Of a stretch of 64,000 nucleotides of DNA, positions 23,918-36,937 are shown piece by piece. The translations under genes were made by a program, and so were the position numbers. How positions within the stretch are numbered: position 1 is the first letter of the stretch; each line of letters begins with the position of its first letter. The DNA is taken from positions 25,234,001 through 25,298,000 of the forward strand of contig CM060731.1 of the NCBI GenBank assembly GCA_030704615.1. The letters are read 5' to 3'. The stretch is from Takakia lepidozioides (Eukaryota; Plantae; Bryophyta). The notes beneath the pieces are model-generated. The model was not told the DNA's origin. It made no database searches and worked only from the letters and a program-made list of their open reading frames with translations.

Positions 23918-26640
23918 TCTGAACATCAAGTTCATGATTGTCAAAAGAAGTGAGACAATCCAGAAATAGAGCTTCGCTCGATTGTCACCCCAAGAAATTT
24001 AAAAGAATCTAGATATTTAGTCCCAAACGTCGTGATCACCAGAGAGTCTGCCACCATACTCGTCCTTTTGATGCATTGTGTAGCGCTAAGCAATGACACT
24101 CCCAACATTATGGCTGAATCTTGCTACGATTGTACATAATTATCCCATTGTTGGAGATGAGTGCATCACATAATCAAAAGGTCGGTAGCGAAGCTTGCGA
24201 ATGATTATCTTGAACTCTACAGTGAAATGTGAGACATTCGGTTTTTTCTCTATTTTGTTGCTCGTGTGTATGCGCCACACATCGGTGGTCGTTCATGTCC
24301 GAACGATTGCGTATCTTCTTTATATGAGCATCACGTCAATCATCAATTGCAAGTCTAAGCGGGAGATGATCAGAGTAAGGAGAATGAAGATGTTGTCTGC
24401 CATGCCATTACCCCTCATGCGGAGAAGCAGGGAGTTGTCGAGACTAGTGAGAGGGAAAGCTTTCTGTCTATGAAAGTAGGCGGGTATCGTTCCGGGCGCT
24501 TCGGGTCGGGTGGACGGTCGTGGCTCGGCCCGTGGAAACTGCGGGCTATCTCGGATTGAGTAAGGAGTCTTGTGTTAACGAACTGTTTGCCGTTGCTGCC
24601 CGCTCTCTGGCTACTCCGTGACCCAGGAGCCTCTCAACAGCGAGTCATCGCGCGCTATGGACGTATGGTTGCCGATCCACCTTCTTTCTTGTAGAGACGA
24701 TGATGAAATCTTGTTTCTCATTGCTCGTACTGTGATGATGGCAAGATTTATTGGATTTTTTTGCGTTCTTGCGTTATTTTCAGGCTAGTTCAGTTTTTCC
24801 CCTAACACTCACTCTTCTGCCTACATATGGTCTTTTGATGCGTATTGTATTGTTACTGATCCAGGATTGACTCTGTGCTTCTTAGATGTCAGCGACTATT
24901 TCGGAGCTCTTGTTTGTACTACCTCGGAGTCGTTAATCTTGAGCCCTTTGTGCAAGACTTTGCATTGTTTTCAAGTCCACAGGCGATTATCGGAGATCTT
25001 CCTTGATTATATTTGAGCAGTTAGCTCCTGCAGGCCGGGCCCTGTTCTCTACAGTGTTGTGTTTCAGGAGTTTAATTAATGTGCCGTGATTCCCGTAGTC
25101 GGCTTGCGCATAATTTCCTTGATAGGAAGCAGCAGGTACGGGTCTTAATCCCCGTGTCTCTTTTCTACATTGCACATAGGTACTTTCTCCATCAAAACAG
25201 AGGGGTCAATTTAATTGTATGTGAGTTCTTCGAGAATAAGTCTAGGGCCTCTGTGTACTGCAAATCAGGCTGACAAGCTTATAATTCATAACTGGAAACG
25301 TTCATTCCACTGAGATGGAAACTGTATGGTGCGGCTGTAGCCCCCCGTAGCCGCGTCAGTCTCTGCAAAAGTCCATACTAACCCTGTTCGAAGTATGTCA
25401 AGTTTCGTTAGAGCTCGAATCTGATTCCTAATCTTTAGCCATCAATTTCATACAACTCAGAAGGTTTTGAGAAAAGTCAATTTAAGATTGTGATATTTTT
25501 GTGAGATCGTGTATATACGGTATGTCAGCAACGCATTCTATACTGGGAACAATGGCAGAGCTGGTAATTGAAACATGGGAAAGGGTGAAATTCGCTGTTT
25601 GCATTCATATATGGTCATTCTTACCCATTCTTGTCCGAGGAGTTTGGGGATTGAGCATGCTTGACAGCAGCTGTTCAACCAGGTCATATACTCTGTGAAG
25701 TTCGTCAATGGGAAGCTGCTTGCGTGCCTCGTGTCAAAAATGGTGTCATGTTTCAATAGGTTCAGCAACACGAGCGCTGGTTCTGCTCTTTTTGTCAGCT
25801 CTCGCCTTCCGAGCGTGCACTTCACATGCCAGTAAGTCTAACGGTTTAGGGCCACTTCTGATTATACCAGGCTGGAAGTAAGCTCCATATCGATAGTACA
25901 GCTACAATCTCCCTTAAACTGTCTCAAAATTTTGACGCTCATTGTCGACGTGGTGGAGGAGTAAAAATGAGGCACAGAACCGGCGTCACTGTCTTTTTCT
26001 AGAGCTATGTTATATTCTGGTTTGGACTTTAGAACTCTTTGTTCCCCGTGGGCATGTGCTACGAAGTAGTTATTCACTTCGTAAAAACCTACGGGTTTTT
26101 TCTCTTTGTATTTTCAGGGAGCTTACCTGGCGGAATGTCACGTCAACAGTGGGCGGGGGATATTAGGCGGGCCCTGGATCTTACGCGTAATTTCCCTAGG
26201 GAGATTATGCATGCCATCTTTTCCTTACAATGTCATCTTTAATGTTAGATGCCCCAATCTGAGCCGTCCAAAGCGAATACTATGTCTTTACCCAGCGTAA
26301 GTCCCCCTGGTACCTTGGTATTCGTGTCGTGACCTCGGGCTCGGTCACTCCCCTCACACCGCGGTACACCCTCGGGTGGGGGACTTACCCTATACAAAAA
26401 ATCGAGGCAAGTACCCTTCCCATCTGTACTACCTATGTAGATGCAAGGTATTCCCGATGCGATGATGTGAAGGAAGGCTATTTCATAAACTTTCCTTGAT
26501 TTTCCAGGGACTTCAAGATATTTTCCTTCCAGCTGTACAATCTATTAGCAATTAAATACAAGTTTCTGTATTTTATTCAGTAAACGGTATTGAACGTTAC
26601 CTTCGGTGGATCCATGTTGCTTGTGTCTGTTGTATAATAG

Positions 26641-28707
26641 TTGACCCGATATGTTTTACGGGAGCCAAATGCGAATGTCCGATAGGCTACAGGTGGAGTC
26701 GAACACAAACGAACAGCTGTGAAGGTATTTTTGTCCAAGATTGGTTTTGATGTGATAAGTTCTTCTAATTCTCTCAGTACTTTGCACGTTCAAATGGAAT
26801 CAACTTCTCCATGCCATGAGAAAGCTCTAATAAACGCTCTGTGTAATGTCAAACGTTAAGTATCGTGTTACTCGTCACTCGAATTGGGCGAGACCTATTG
26901 ATGTCCGACGAAATGAGACGTGTGTATATAACCTGTCTCGTTTGTGCAGATATTGATGAATGCCGGCGACAGAGACTCAATCTTTGCCCGAAACTTGAAA
27001 TGTGTGTGAATTTGGAGGGAAGCTATGAATGCAAGAGTTCAGGTCCTGGAAGCCTTCCATTATTCTTGTCAATGTACAAATTTTTGCATTGAAAAAGTGT
27101 ACCCTGGCATTGTACCGAGTATCCCGTAACTAGGGATCCTTACAGCCTCCTCAATGGCACTAAGTACCTTTTCCCAAACGATGTAGTGTCTTCTGGTTTC
27201 GTAAGCCTTCACTGAATTGTACTTGTTTGTCATGACACGAACATTTTTAATCTGCAGTGTTTTAAAATCATGATCTGATCTTACGGATCTGACATCATCC
27301 TCAAAATCTCGGCATTTTGACGTATATTGCCCAGTGCTCTAAAATATTGCAGGGTGTCAAAATAATCCATGTGCGAACAACCAGGACTGCACGTCTGGTT
27401 CAGATGTAGATTCATTTGTGTGCAGCTGTTCGACAGGCTACCTCTACAATGGCAGTGATTGTATCAGTAAGTTCGATCGTGAATGTTATTTGGATTGTTC
27501 ATTATGCTTTAGCCTAGTCGTTGCCAAGCAGCCCTACAATGTGGCATGTGCTCAGTGCCCCGCAAGGATCATTAAACTTGTCGACATTTCGTCGACATCT
27601 GCCCATAATTGTGGGTCAGACATTTTTTGGTGTCTCTTATTGTGGTGTGACGCTTGCTGTGTCCGTCGTACCGTTTGTGCTGTCGTCTATTCGTTAGTGA
27701 CTATGGTAATGAGTATAATCATGCTGAAGTTTGTGTCCTGCTCGAAAGTAGAATGAGATTTTGGATACTCTGCTCTTGCTGGCAGGTTTTTCAGGCTGTG
27801 GAAAATGTGGTACCTCTTTTACGGCTCCTACTGACACAACAATGGACTCCATTGCCAAATTTTGTGGGACAACTGTTAACCGGCTGCTTGCAAACAACCC
27901 ATCCTTTGCTGGAAAAACGTTCATAAGGAAAATGACCACCTTAAGTATCCGTTGCACTGGAATAGACAGCCTCAATTGTGGCTCCTGCGGTGTGAGATAT
28001 GTAGCTGAGGGTGGAGAGACCGCTCCAACAATAGCCTGTACGTCTCTACCAAGGTGGTTTTATTGCGGTGAATTGCTGTCTAAAATGCTCCTCGAAGTCT
28101 ACCAAACTAACCTTGATGCAGCTATTGAAGTGGTGTTTAGAAAGCTCAGAAGTTCTAGAAGTTCTAGCCTCTAGAGTATATTGGACATACAGCTATGCAC
28201 TTCTTCCTAGGTCTCAATTTATGACCACATTGACTGTTAAGCATACGGGGGTGGGTTCTGCAGACAGATGTGGCATTCCTGAAGCAGTGCTCGCGGGGGT
28301 CGTTCCCCTCCCAGCAGGGGCTGGACAAGTGATCAACATTCCCTGCTCCACTTACTTGCTTCCAAATCCACTGCGCTGTGGTACGTGCGGGGCATGGTTC
28401 ACGGTGACAGAAAATGCAAATCTGCAGAACTTCACAGCCGCCTGCAATGTGGATATGTCTCAAGTGCAGGCTCTCAATCCAGCCGTGGGCCTGGAACTGT
28501 CAAATTATTCACAGGTTTTCCTGCCATGCAATGCCCAAGCTCCTCAATGTGGGCCTTGTGGGGCTTTTTACAAGGTGCAACCCATGGACTCTGTCGCATC
28601 GATTGCCAGCTTGTGCCAAGTTTCCTCAACTGCACTCCGGCAAGTTAACTCGGAGTATGCGAACTTGCGATTCATCAGACCGAACCAAATTCTCGACATT
28701 CCATGCG
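26641..28707 (+). CDS. Extracellular EGF (incl. Ca-binding EGF) + four-LysM protein, core exons 26641-26724, 26950-27042, 27353-27466, 27786-28037, 28264-28707 (5' and 3' exons unresolved)
   Basis: CECPIGY..SCE|DIDEC..CVNLEGSYEC (cbEGF), GCQNNPC..CSCSTGY..DC (EGF), then four LysM repeats such as YKVQPMDSVASIASLCQVSSTALRQVN..IRPNQILDIPC, each preceded by CGxCG. All introns are phase 1. Candidate signal peptide MMARFIGFFCVLALFS at ~24735 and a Ser/Pro-rich exon at ~32131. Confidence 0.8.
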
Positions 28708-28969
28708 GTAAGTTATCCACAAATTGGGGTCAGTACCTCGGAATATTTCATGGTTAATTGCACTTGGTCAGTCCAAAAATTAGTGGATGGCTCACTTTGT
28801 CTGAAAGCTGCACCGTGGGATTGGTAGTTGGTCTGTCAGACTGATGCCCAAGAAATGATCCTTAGCGTAGCATCCATCGCTTGCCTTCCGCACTCAACCA
28901 AAATGGCTACGTTTCCTGGGTTCAATGTTCAGTCCTCCGATGTAAATGGTGGAATCCATGGGTTTAAAC

Positions 28970-29180
28970 CAGTGTTGTGCGGGTTCTGCCTTTTTAAGGA
29001 ACCCGCAGGGACCGGGTGCGGGTTTTTTAGGAGCCAAGTCCGGGTCTGGATCCGGGTTTTTGAAATTTGGAAAATCCGGGTCCGGGTTCGGGTCCGGGTT
29101 TGTCAACACGGACTCGGGTTAGGGTCCGGGTAGTTGTTGGAAAATATTAGCGGGTTCACGGGTTCGGATCCGGGTCCTAA
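28970..29180 (+). mobile_element. hAT-type MITE end with CGGGT/ACCCG subterminal repeats
   Basis: CAGTGTTGTGCGGG start followed by dense CCGGGT/CGGGTT motifs; other end not found. Confidence 0.5.
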
Positions 29181-29529
29181 TTTATTGATTAAATAAATTA
29201 GAAAAATAAGATTAATTAGGGATAAAATTATTTTTGGCTGGAAAAAACTTTAAATCCTAATAATGAATTTTATTTTAAGAGACATTCCTTCAAAATATAC
29301 CATGAATATGAATATGTATACCACGAATAAGAATTAAAATAGAAGTTTGAGTTCCATTTTCTATTTTTCAATATCAATTCTTTAAGCTTGTTAAGAATAG
29401 TAATATGCCTCAAGGGTAGATCACTATAGCATGGATGTGTGGGATCTGGCCTAATAATAATATATGACGCCTCCTTTGGGAGGTGTAAATTATGGTCCCA
29501 TAGGGCACAACTTTGTGACACCACTCCGT

Positions 29530-29770
29530 GGATTGAACCCACAACCGCTTTTGAGGTGGTGTGTGGGCATTACCACTGGGCTATAACGTGCTGGGGTTGG
29601 CTGCTGCAGTGGCCTATTGGTATCCAAAATGTCTGGATCTGGAAGGACTACCTACCTTCAGGCAGGAAGGTGGACACCTTTGTAACACCAATCGATGGAT
29701 TGAACCCATAACCACTTGCCAGGTGGTATGTGGGATTAGGTGGTATGTGGGATTACCACTGGGCTACAAC
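29530..29770 (-). mobile_element. Tandem tRNA-like Pol III heads (SINE-like repeat)
   Basis: Two minus-strand TAGCCCAGTGGTAAT...GGGTTCAATCC units; related unit with the same downstream GGTGTCCACCTT at 42939-43050 on +. Confidence 0.5.
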
Positions 29771-31193
29771 TTGGTTGTCAACTTTGTCTTCATATATGGG
29801 TTTCAAGAACGGGAGCAAGTACCCGAGTACATAGTTGCCTGTGCATGCATGACCTAGGTGATCTGGGGTTCTAAGTCTCCACCTTCCAAAGCAAGGCAGT
29901 AGTTCTTCACACCATAATTTATGCTTCCTTCGGAGGTGCGCCCTCCATTGGAAGGTGGAAACTTTAAGCCTAGATTATGCAAAGGCAAGGCACAAACAGC
30001 GAACCATTGGGCTACCTACAATAGTGTGTGGCCTATTATAGTGAATCCAGCTGTAAGAAAACCTAATGTGTTTAGAATGTGTTAGGGTAAAGAACCAAGG
30101 CGCTTCACTGGTACTGGGCCCTAACCCTCCGGTTCCGCCCTTGGCTAAGGGGCTCATAAGCACTTGCCCTTGTTCTATTACAGAACGTAACCCTCATTCA
30201 TGGGGTAATATGACTATAAACCTAAATGCTAATTCGATTCTAGGAAATAGCACAACTGGAAGAGACAATGAAAATTTCACCCCGTCCTTCCTCTTCGGAG
30301 GGAGTTCAAGTTCTCAAAGGCCTTTGGAGGGCCTTGAAAAAAGCTGGAACCCAATGCCACAGCCAAGCTTTCCCAGAAAGCTCCCAAAGGGGAACTATCC
30401 AGTTACGTATAGGTAGTTGATTATGCCGCTTTGTAGGTCTCCGACTTGAGCAGGTTCGCGATCTTTTTCCGCGAGCGCCCGTATTGGGATTGGCTACCTA
30501 CTAATACGTTATGCAATGTAATGGGCTAGATAGATGACATTCTACACGGTTTATCTGTCCGCCTCGGAAAAATGTCAGGCCCGTAGTGCTAAGGCTCGCC
30601 ACTTTTCTTGGCGGGCAGCTTGCCAGGCATAATGTCATCTTATGACCCATTCCACAATATACAATACGGGTTAACTTATGGCAAGACCTTACACGGAGGA
30701 ACATGGACAATGTAAAGTTATGGGAAATTATTTACACTATGTATGCCTGCTTTATAGGTCTTCATGAGTAAATTGACGTTTACAAATCCTTCTAATTACT
30801 AGGTGAAGAGATTCGCACTTTCTTTGACAAGAGACGAGCTTTTCATTTTGCACTTGTTTTTTCCTAATCTCATGTTATTCTTGGATACATAACTTGGGGA
30901 AAAAAAAAATTATGTACAAATTCATATTAAACAGAAAACAATAAGAATAATATAATAACTTAATGCAAGCGTTCGTCGATCTAACAATATTTTGGTTGGA
31001 TTTTGGTAGTGTCAGCTCTCCGGTAGACCTCTATCAAATTCTCCTCAACCTCTCATATCCCATGATTACTATTAAATATTTTAGAATGCAAATTGTTGCT
31101 ATAAAGTGACGAGTAGTACGTTAGGAAGGTGATGACAGTAGTAGTTATGAGCAATAAGGTTGATTTGTGATGGACGCTGGTGTCACCTCGATC

Positions 31194-31546
31194 TGTAGTG
31201 TAACTTTGTTGTTGTATGTTTTGTTGGTCAAATTTCAAGACACCATGTGGGAGTTACACCAATTAGATGCTCATTCCATGTCAGACTGATGTCGGTGTTA
31301 CTTCATTCCATGACACTCCAATCTGTGTCACTCTCAAAAGAAGGTTGGGAAAGATTTACGTAGCCCCAGTCTGTGGTGTAACTTCATCTGTGTATGTTTT
31401 ATACTTGGTCAAATTTGATGATACCAAGTGGGAGTTACACCGATTGGAGTGACATTCCGTGTCACTCGGGTGTTTAGTGTTACTCCATTCCATATTACTT
31501 CAATCTATGTCACTCTCAAGACGGAGGTGGGAAAGATCTGACAAGC
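31194..31546 (+). repeat. Diverged ~180-bp tandem duplication
   Basis: TGTRGTGTAACTT...TTGGTCAAATTT...GTGGGAGTTACACC...TGTCACTCTCAA...GGGAAAGAT occurs twice. Confidence 0.75.
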
Positions 31547-32570
31547 CAAAATTGGCTTACTGTACTGTCAAAGATCACACACTTGCATTAAATTCTTACA
31601 TTGTCGTTAGTGTTCTCTGTATGAAACATGTTTGAAAAGTTTTTGTGGGCACTTTCGGCTCATTGTGTTATAAGTACAGTACTCCACATTAATCAATACA
31701 ACAACTAATACGTACATCACATCCATGTACGCCCAGAAGATGAGCAAATTTCATTCATAAAATGGACTATCTCACAAGATATATAACAATTTTTATTAGT
31801 TGTGATAGCTTCATAGACATAAAAAAAAACTCTAGCGAAAGCAGACGTAACCTAGTTACCTTGTGGTTACTATCTCCTGTCAAGGGTGGGCTATATAGGG
31901 AAAGAGTAGGACCGGGGTACGATAGGTTCAAATCTAATAAAGGAGGATTTATCTTGCAGTACAAAAAATTGTCACTATATTGGATTGATGTACTAATAAG
32001 TAACTATTTGTCTATTACCATTTTGTATCTTTTAATATTAGTGCCTTCTAATTTGATTGTATATACATATACCGAAATGAATCTTGAGATTAGAAATTGA
32101 ACAGTTTTAAGTTGCTTTGTCTTTGTGCAGGTTTGGTGCCATTTTTAGAGAGTCCATCCCCATCTCCAAGTCCATCAGTGGCAAATCTATCAAACAACAT
32201 GCATTTGTTTATTTATTTTGTTCTTCATGTGCTCCTAGTATTCCTATACAATTTGTGATATGACTATGTCAATCTACATAGCATAACAAAGTCATTGATT
32301 TCAATCTCCTTGATCCCTATTCAAATTGTAACCTTGAACAAACATATTTATGAAAACATGATGGATACATAATGATTAGTTAATATTGCATAATGGTCAT
32401 AAAAAACGAATCTGCGTAATAATATTCCATTTTTATTAATTTTTAGGCGCGGAAGTGCCTAATAAGCTAGGTCAGTACGGTATGCATGGTGAGACATGGA
32501 TAAATTGCATCCTCTTAGACATAAATAACAAATATATATATATATAAGAATGGACATAGAACGTCTATAA

Positions 32571-33377
32571 CCCTTAAGTTCCCAAGCGACCTGAATCGGG
32601 TCACTTTGAATTTGCAGTTCCACCTAATTGGGCCCAATCCTGAAGCTTTAATGACAAGGGATTTGTCTAGAGTATGATGCAAAAAACAAAATTTAAAAAA
32701 AAAAAAAAAAGCTGCGACTTACAAAAAATATCTTAGATCTTTAATTTACGTTTTGGGGCCTGAAAAGGGCTGTTGACCGCTGACATGGCAGGTAAACAAG
32801 CCCAAAACAGATTGCACTCCAAAGGCCATTTTTGGCAGAAAATTAGCAATTTTGGAAAAAACACTTTACCTTGTGGTGTGTGAGCATTACATACACACAT
32901 CCACCATTGGCTTTTAAAAAATTTGTAGAAAAAAAAGTACTTCATTTGGAGGCACATTTTCTGTTGTCAATTTTGAGATTTCAACCCCCATGTAATTGCA
33001 TGAATAGCAACCATAGGTGAAAAAATCAGTTGGACCTGCAATTTAGTGGGGTCATGGCCACTCCACTATTTGATTTGGAAATGGTGGGTCTTGGGGCAAG
33101 CAAAATTGGAGAAAGCTGGGTTTTGATTTGGTCAAACCTATTTCTTTCTCACTTTTTCTTTGGGACCTGATATTTGAGGTCCGGGCCAACGCTATAATCT
33201 CACAATTTCCACAGTGGACTTGGCTCATTTTTTGGTATGTCATGCATAAATGAGTTGGGCCCATTGCTATAAGGCTGGAATCTGTGGATGAATTTTGGTA
33301 GGTTTCTAGGGGCAATTTACTGCAGCTGGGTACCCAAAATTGGTAAAAAGTCAAAAAAGGGCTTGGGAACTTAAGGG
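32571..33377. mobile_element. Non-autonomous piggyBac-like element, 17-bp TIR, ATAA target duplication
   Basis: CCCTTAAGTTCCCAAGC (32571) / GCTTGGGAACTTAAGGG (33377); ATAA on both sides (32567-32570, 33378-33381). Confidence 0.85.
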
Positions 33378-34419
33378 ATAACAACGTCACAATATCACTA
33401 TATTTTGAATCATTTTCATTGGTGTCTCTATAACAAAGCTCATGATATGGTGTTCAAATGAGGGAGTTATGTTAGTAATATGTAAGAAGTAGTTGTTGGA
33501 GCGATCCAACCATTCTATCATTCTACGCAACCATATGTCTTTTACGATTGTCTGCTATGAAGCCACAACAGACCCCTTACGACCCATATTTTATTTGCAA
33601 TGTAGAATTTTCTTCTCTATAACATTTATAAGGTTGTTGTAGCTACCTACTATGAACCTTATCACATAGACCTGAATGAACGTAAAAACATCTATTGCTT
33701 GCAACAGTAACGATGTCCATTGTCATATATATAGTTTTTATCTATTATAGAAGATCAGTTCAATGTCTTACACCTCCAACAATAAAACAGATACATTTTT
33801 TATCTATCCATGATTATTGTACAATTCATCCTACCATGACAAGCAATATATGTTTTGACATCTTTAGTGGCAAACTAAATCACAATAGGTTATTGCAACA
33901 CTTTTGTTTTAGAAAAAAAAAAGGCGGTGCCAGCACTTGTAGAGTAAGATCCCCTCAAGTGATCATGTATATCAACCCCACGCATGTTGGGTTAATATTC
34001 CACATGAATGGGAGATCATTGCACACCACCCGTGCACCAACAGCCCCATCCCATCTTCGAACTGTTACTAGTTCAATGGTATTAGGGAGGGGATTAGCAC
34101 CAGTAGATAGCAAAAAAAACCCTTTCTGGTGGATCCCACGACATCAAAGCACAAATCTTCCGAGACCTATGCATTTTGTATTACAGATTTTCGCGAGTCC
34201 CTGAAGTATGTCCAAGCAAAGATAAGGAGACACCAATACGATTAGTCTTACAAGTGCCAGTGGCATATGTTCCCAACTTCAACAACCCCCATAAAGGCGC
34301 AAAAGATGTAAATAAGTTATCAAAGACCATTATGTGACTCACATGGAAGAGCATTTACATTATCTTCATCACCACATAAAATCCATGCCCAACTGCCCCT
34401 TTCCTCTTACAATTTAATC

Positions 34420-34850
34420 CAGCACAAGCCTGGCAGCCCTGGAAAAAGGCAAAGAGGTGCATGGTTGCATCGCCAAAGCTGGAACTGTACCAGGTGTGAT
34501 CCTGAACACTGCCCTGGTGGACATGTATGCCAAATGTGGGAGCATTGAGGATGCAGGGGAGTGTTCAACAATATGGCTGAATGAGATTTGTTGTCGAGGA
34601 TATGCACAGCAGGGCGTGGGATGGAGGACTTGGAGACCTATGAGCAAATGTTGGGGGAGGGGGTGAAGCGCGACCACATCGCGTTTGTCTGCGTTTGTAG
34701 TGCGTGTGCAAGCCTGGCAGCCCTAGAAAAGGGCAAAGAGATGCATGGTTGCATTGCCAAAGCTGGAATTGTACAGATGTGATTCTGAACAATACCCTCG
34801 TGGACATGTATGCCAAATGTGGGAGCATTGAGGATGCGGAGGGAGTATTC
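34420..34850 (+). pseudogene. PLS-class PPR fragment
   Basis: SLAALEKGKEVHGCIAKAG..VILNTALVDMYAKCGSIEDA, repeated twice with frameshifts. Confidence 0.85.
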
Positions 34851-35208
34851 ACTGCCACCGTCAGCTCCCAAATACATTGAAATGTTGTACACAAATTTTG
34901 ACTCAACATGGGCCAAACACCATAATATACCTTGATACCCCATTTAATAGGTTATTTTCATGTATTGATGGAAGGAACAATATTTATTTTCTTCTATTTT
35001 TCGTCTTGCATGCTTTCACCTTTCTTCATATTTCTTCTTGCATGCAAATGAGATTTTTGACCCCAGTTAGTTTGTTTGCTAACCACTTTCTTCTCTCTCT
35101 CGCACACCCACAAATTACAACACTAAATACTTCTGCAAAAACTTGCGATGACGACACCGTCACCTCCTATCCATAAAGGCAGTACAATTTTGCAGTCGAG
35201 TTCTACCT

Positions 35209-35589
35209 TCATTTCTGGGACGCGTCGGTATCTCTTCTCTGTTTTGGACCCTCCATCATTTTTGGTTGTCCCCTCTCTACCACAGTTCCTCTCCCTCCTC
35301 TTCCCTCTTCCCCAACTCCACTTTCAGCTTTTTCACCATCATCAAGATCATCGCGCTTGTCGTTGTTGTATGGTAGGAGTTTGTTTCGTTTGCTTCTTCC
35401 AGAATCCAAAGAATGTGTTTTCCTTTTACTAGTCTCATGATCTTGAAGGTCGTTCAAAACTGCAGGAAGGGCACTTGTGGCAGAACAGTTCGACTTCGAC
35501 TTGACCCGTCCAAGCAAGTAGCCCACCAATAGTGCAGTACCTCCAATTGCAACTGATTGGAAGTCCAGCATCGCGGAATGAAAGTCCAT
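35209..35589 (-). other. Gene-fragment-like ORF with N-terminal hydrophobic segment, unknown origin
   Basis: MDFHSAMLDFQSVAIGGTALLVGYLLGRVKSK followed by a charged tail; lies within the interrupted piggyBac. Confidence 0.3.
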
Positions 35590-36537
35590 ACTTAAATCAC
35601 TAGACCTCTCCGTCTCTCCACGATTGTGATCTACAACCACTCCAACCAAGCACATACAGTTACACACTCGTCTTCACACACCAAGGCCTTCTTCCCTATT
35701 TGATTTCATGCTGAAATTCTGAACCCAACAATCAGTTACGATAGTTGCCAGGAGCCCCCACACCCTTTCTCTTAAAAATTTATTAAGAAACACTTGGGCA
35801 AAGTTGGCCATAAATGGAAACCCTCAGAGAGGAATGCACGAAATTTTGGGTTGAGATAATCTATCATTGGACTTAGCTCCACCCTTCTGTAATTTTGGTG
35901 TCATGCACAAATAGCCACCTCCACTTGTCAGCATAGTAGATGTGGCGGATTTGCTTAAAATACTTCATTGGGCGAACAGTATTCAATTGCAGTTAGGAGT
36001 GTTACTTCCCTCACCCAGATGTCCCTTTGTAAAGGCTTTTCAGAACAAAATTCATAGCAACAAAAGAAAACAAAAACCATCAACAAATCCTTCCATGATA
36101 CTAGCTTGGCAAGGGATAAATACATCTGAAACAGGTGATGGTGCGTGAAGCTTGAGTCACCTGAAACAACAAGCTGGCAAGCTTCATCTTTTGTCTGCTT
36201 GTACCAGATCAAGGCACCCAGGCTGCAACAATTATAGAGAAATGGATACCCTACATGGATAGCATGAATATGGTACAACAGTATCTCAGAAAATTGCAGT
36301 CCAAATCAAGTCAAAAGCACCAAATTGGTCTATGGGGAGGTTGTTTAAGCAGACTCCCAAGTGCATGAAAGCATCAATAGTAAGGTATTTGTCCGGGTTA
36401 TACAAGTTACGACTGATTTGCCTCATGTCATCTACAAACAACAACATTTCTCTAATCTATCATGCTTAGGATTGGACTTGTCTTAACAAAATGTAGAATT
36501 GTCAACCAAATGAAGATATTGCATGATGGCCTCAAAC

Positions 36538-36937
36538 CATGGTGACATCATCAAAGCTGGAATTGTACCAAATGTCATTCTGGACACTGCCTTGGTTCAC
36601 TTGTATGCGAAATGTGACTGCAATGAGGATGCAAAGGGAGTATTTGACAATATGGCTGAATGAAATGTGGTGTCGTGGAATGCGATGATCGCAGGATATG
36701 CCCAGCATGGTTGTCATAGGGAGGTCCAACAACTATTTGAATGAATGTAAAAGAAAGGCTTGAAGCTAGACAGTATCACCTTTATATGTGTTCTCTCTGC
36801 CTGCAGCCACACTGACCTACTGAATGAAGGAAGATGCTACTTCGATTCCCTGAGTGAAGATCATGGTATCAATCTGACAGTAAAGCACTTTGGCTGCATG
36901 GTGGACCTTCTTGGACGTGCGGGACAACTGGATGAGG
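36538..36937 (+). pseudogene. PLS-class PPR fragment (C-terminal repeats)
   Basis: HGDIIKAGIVPNVILDTALVHLYAKC..NVVSWNAMIAGYAQHG..TFICVLSACSH..HFGCMVDLLGRAGQLDEA, with stops. Confidence 0.88.
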
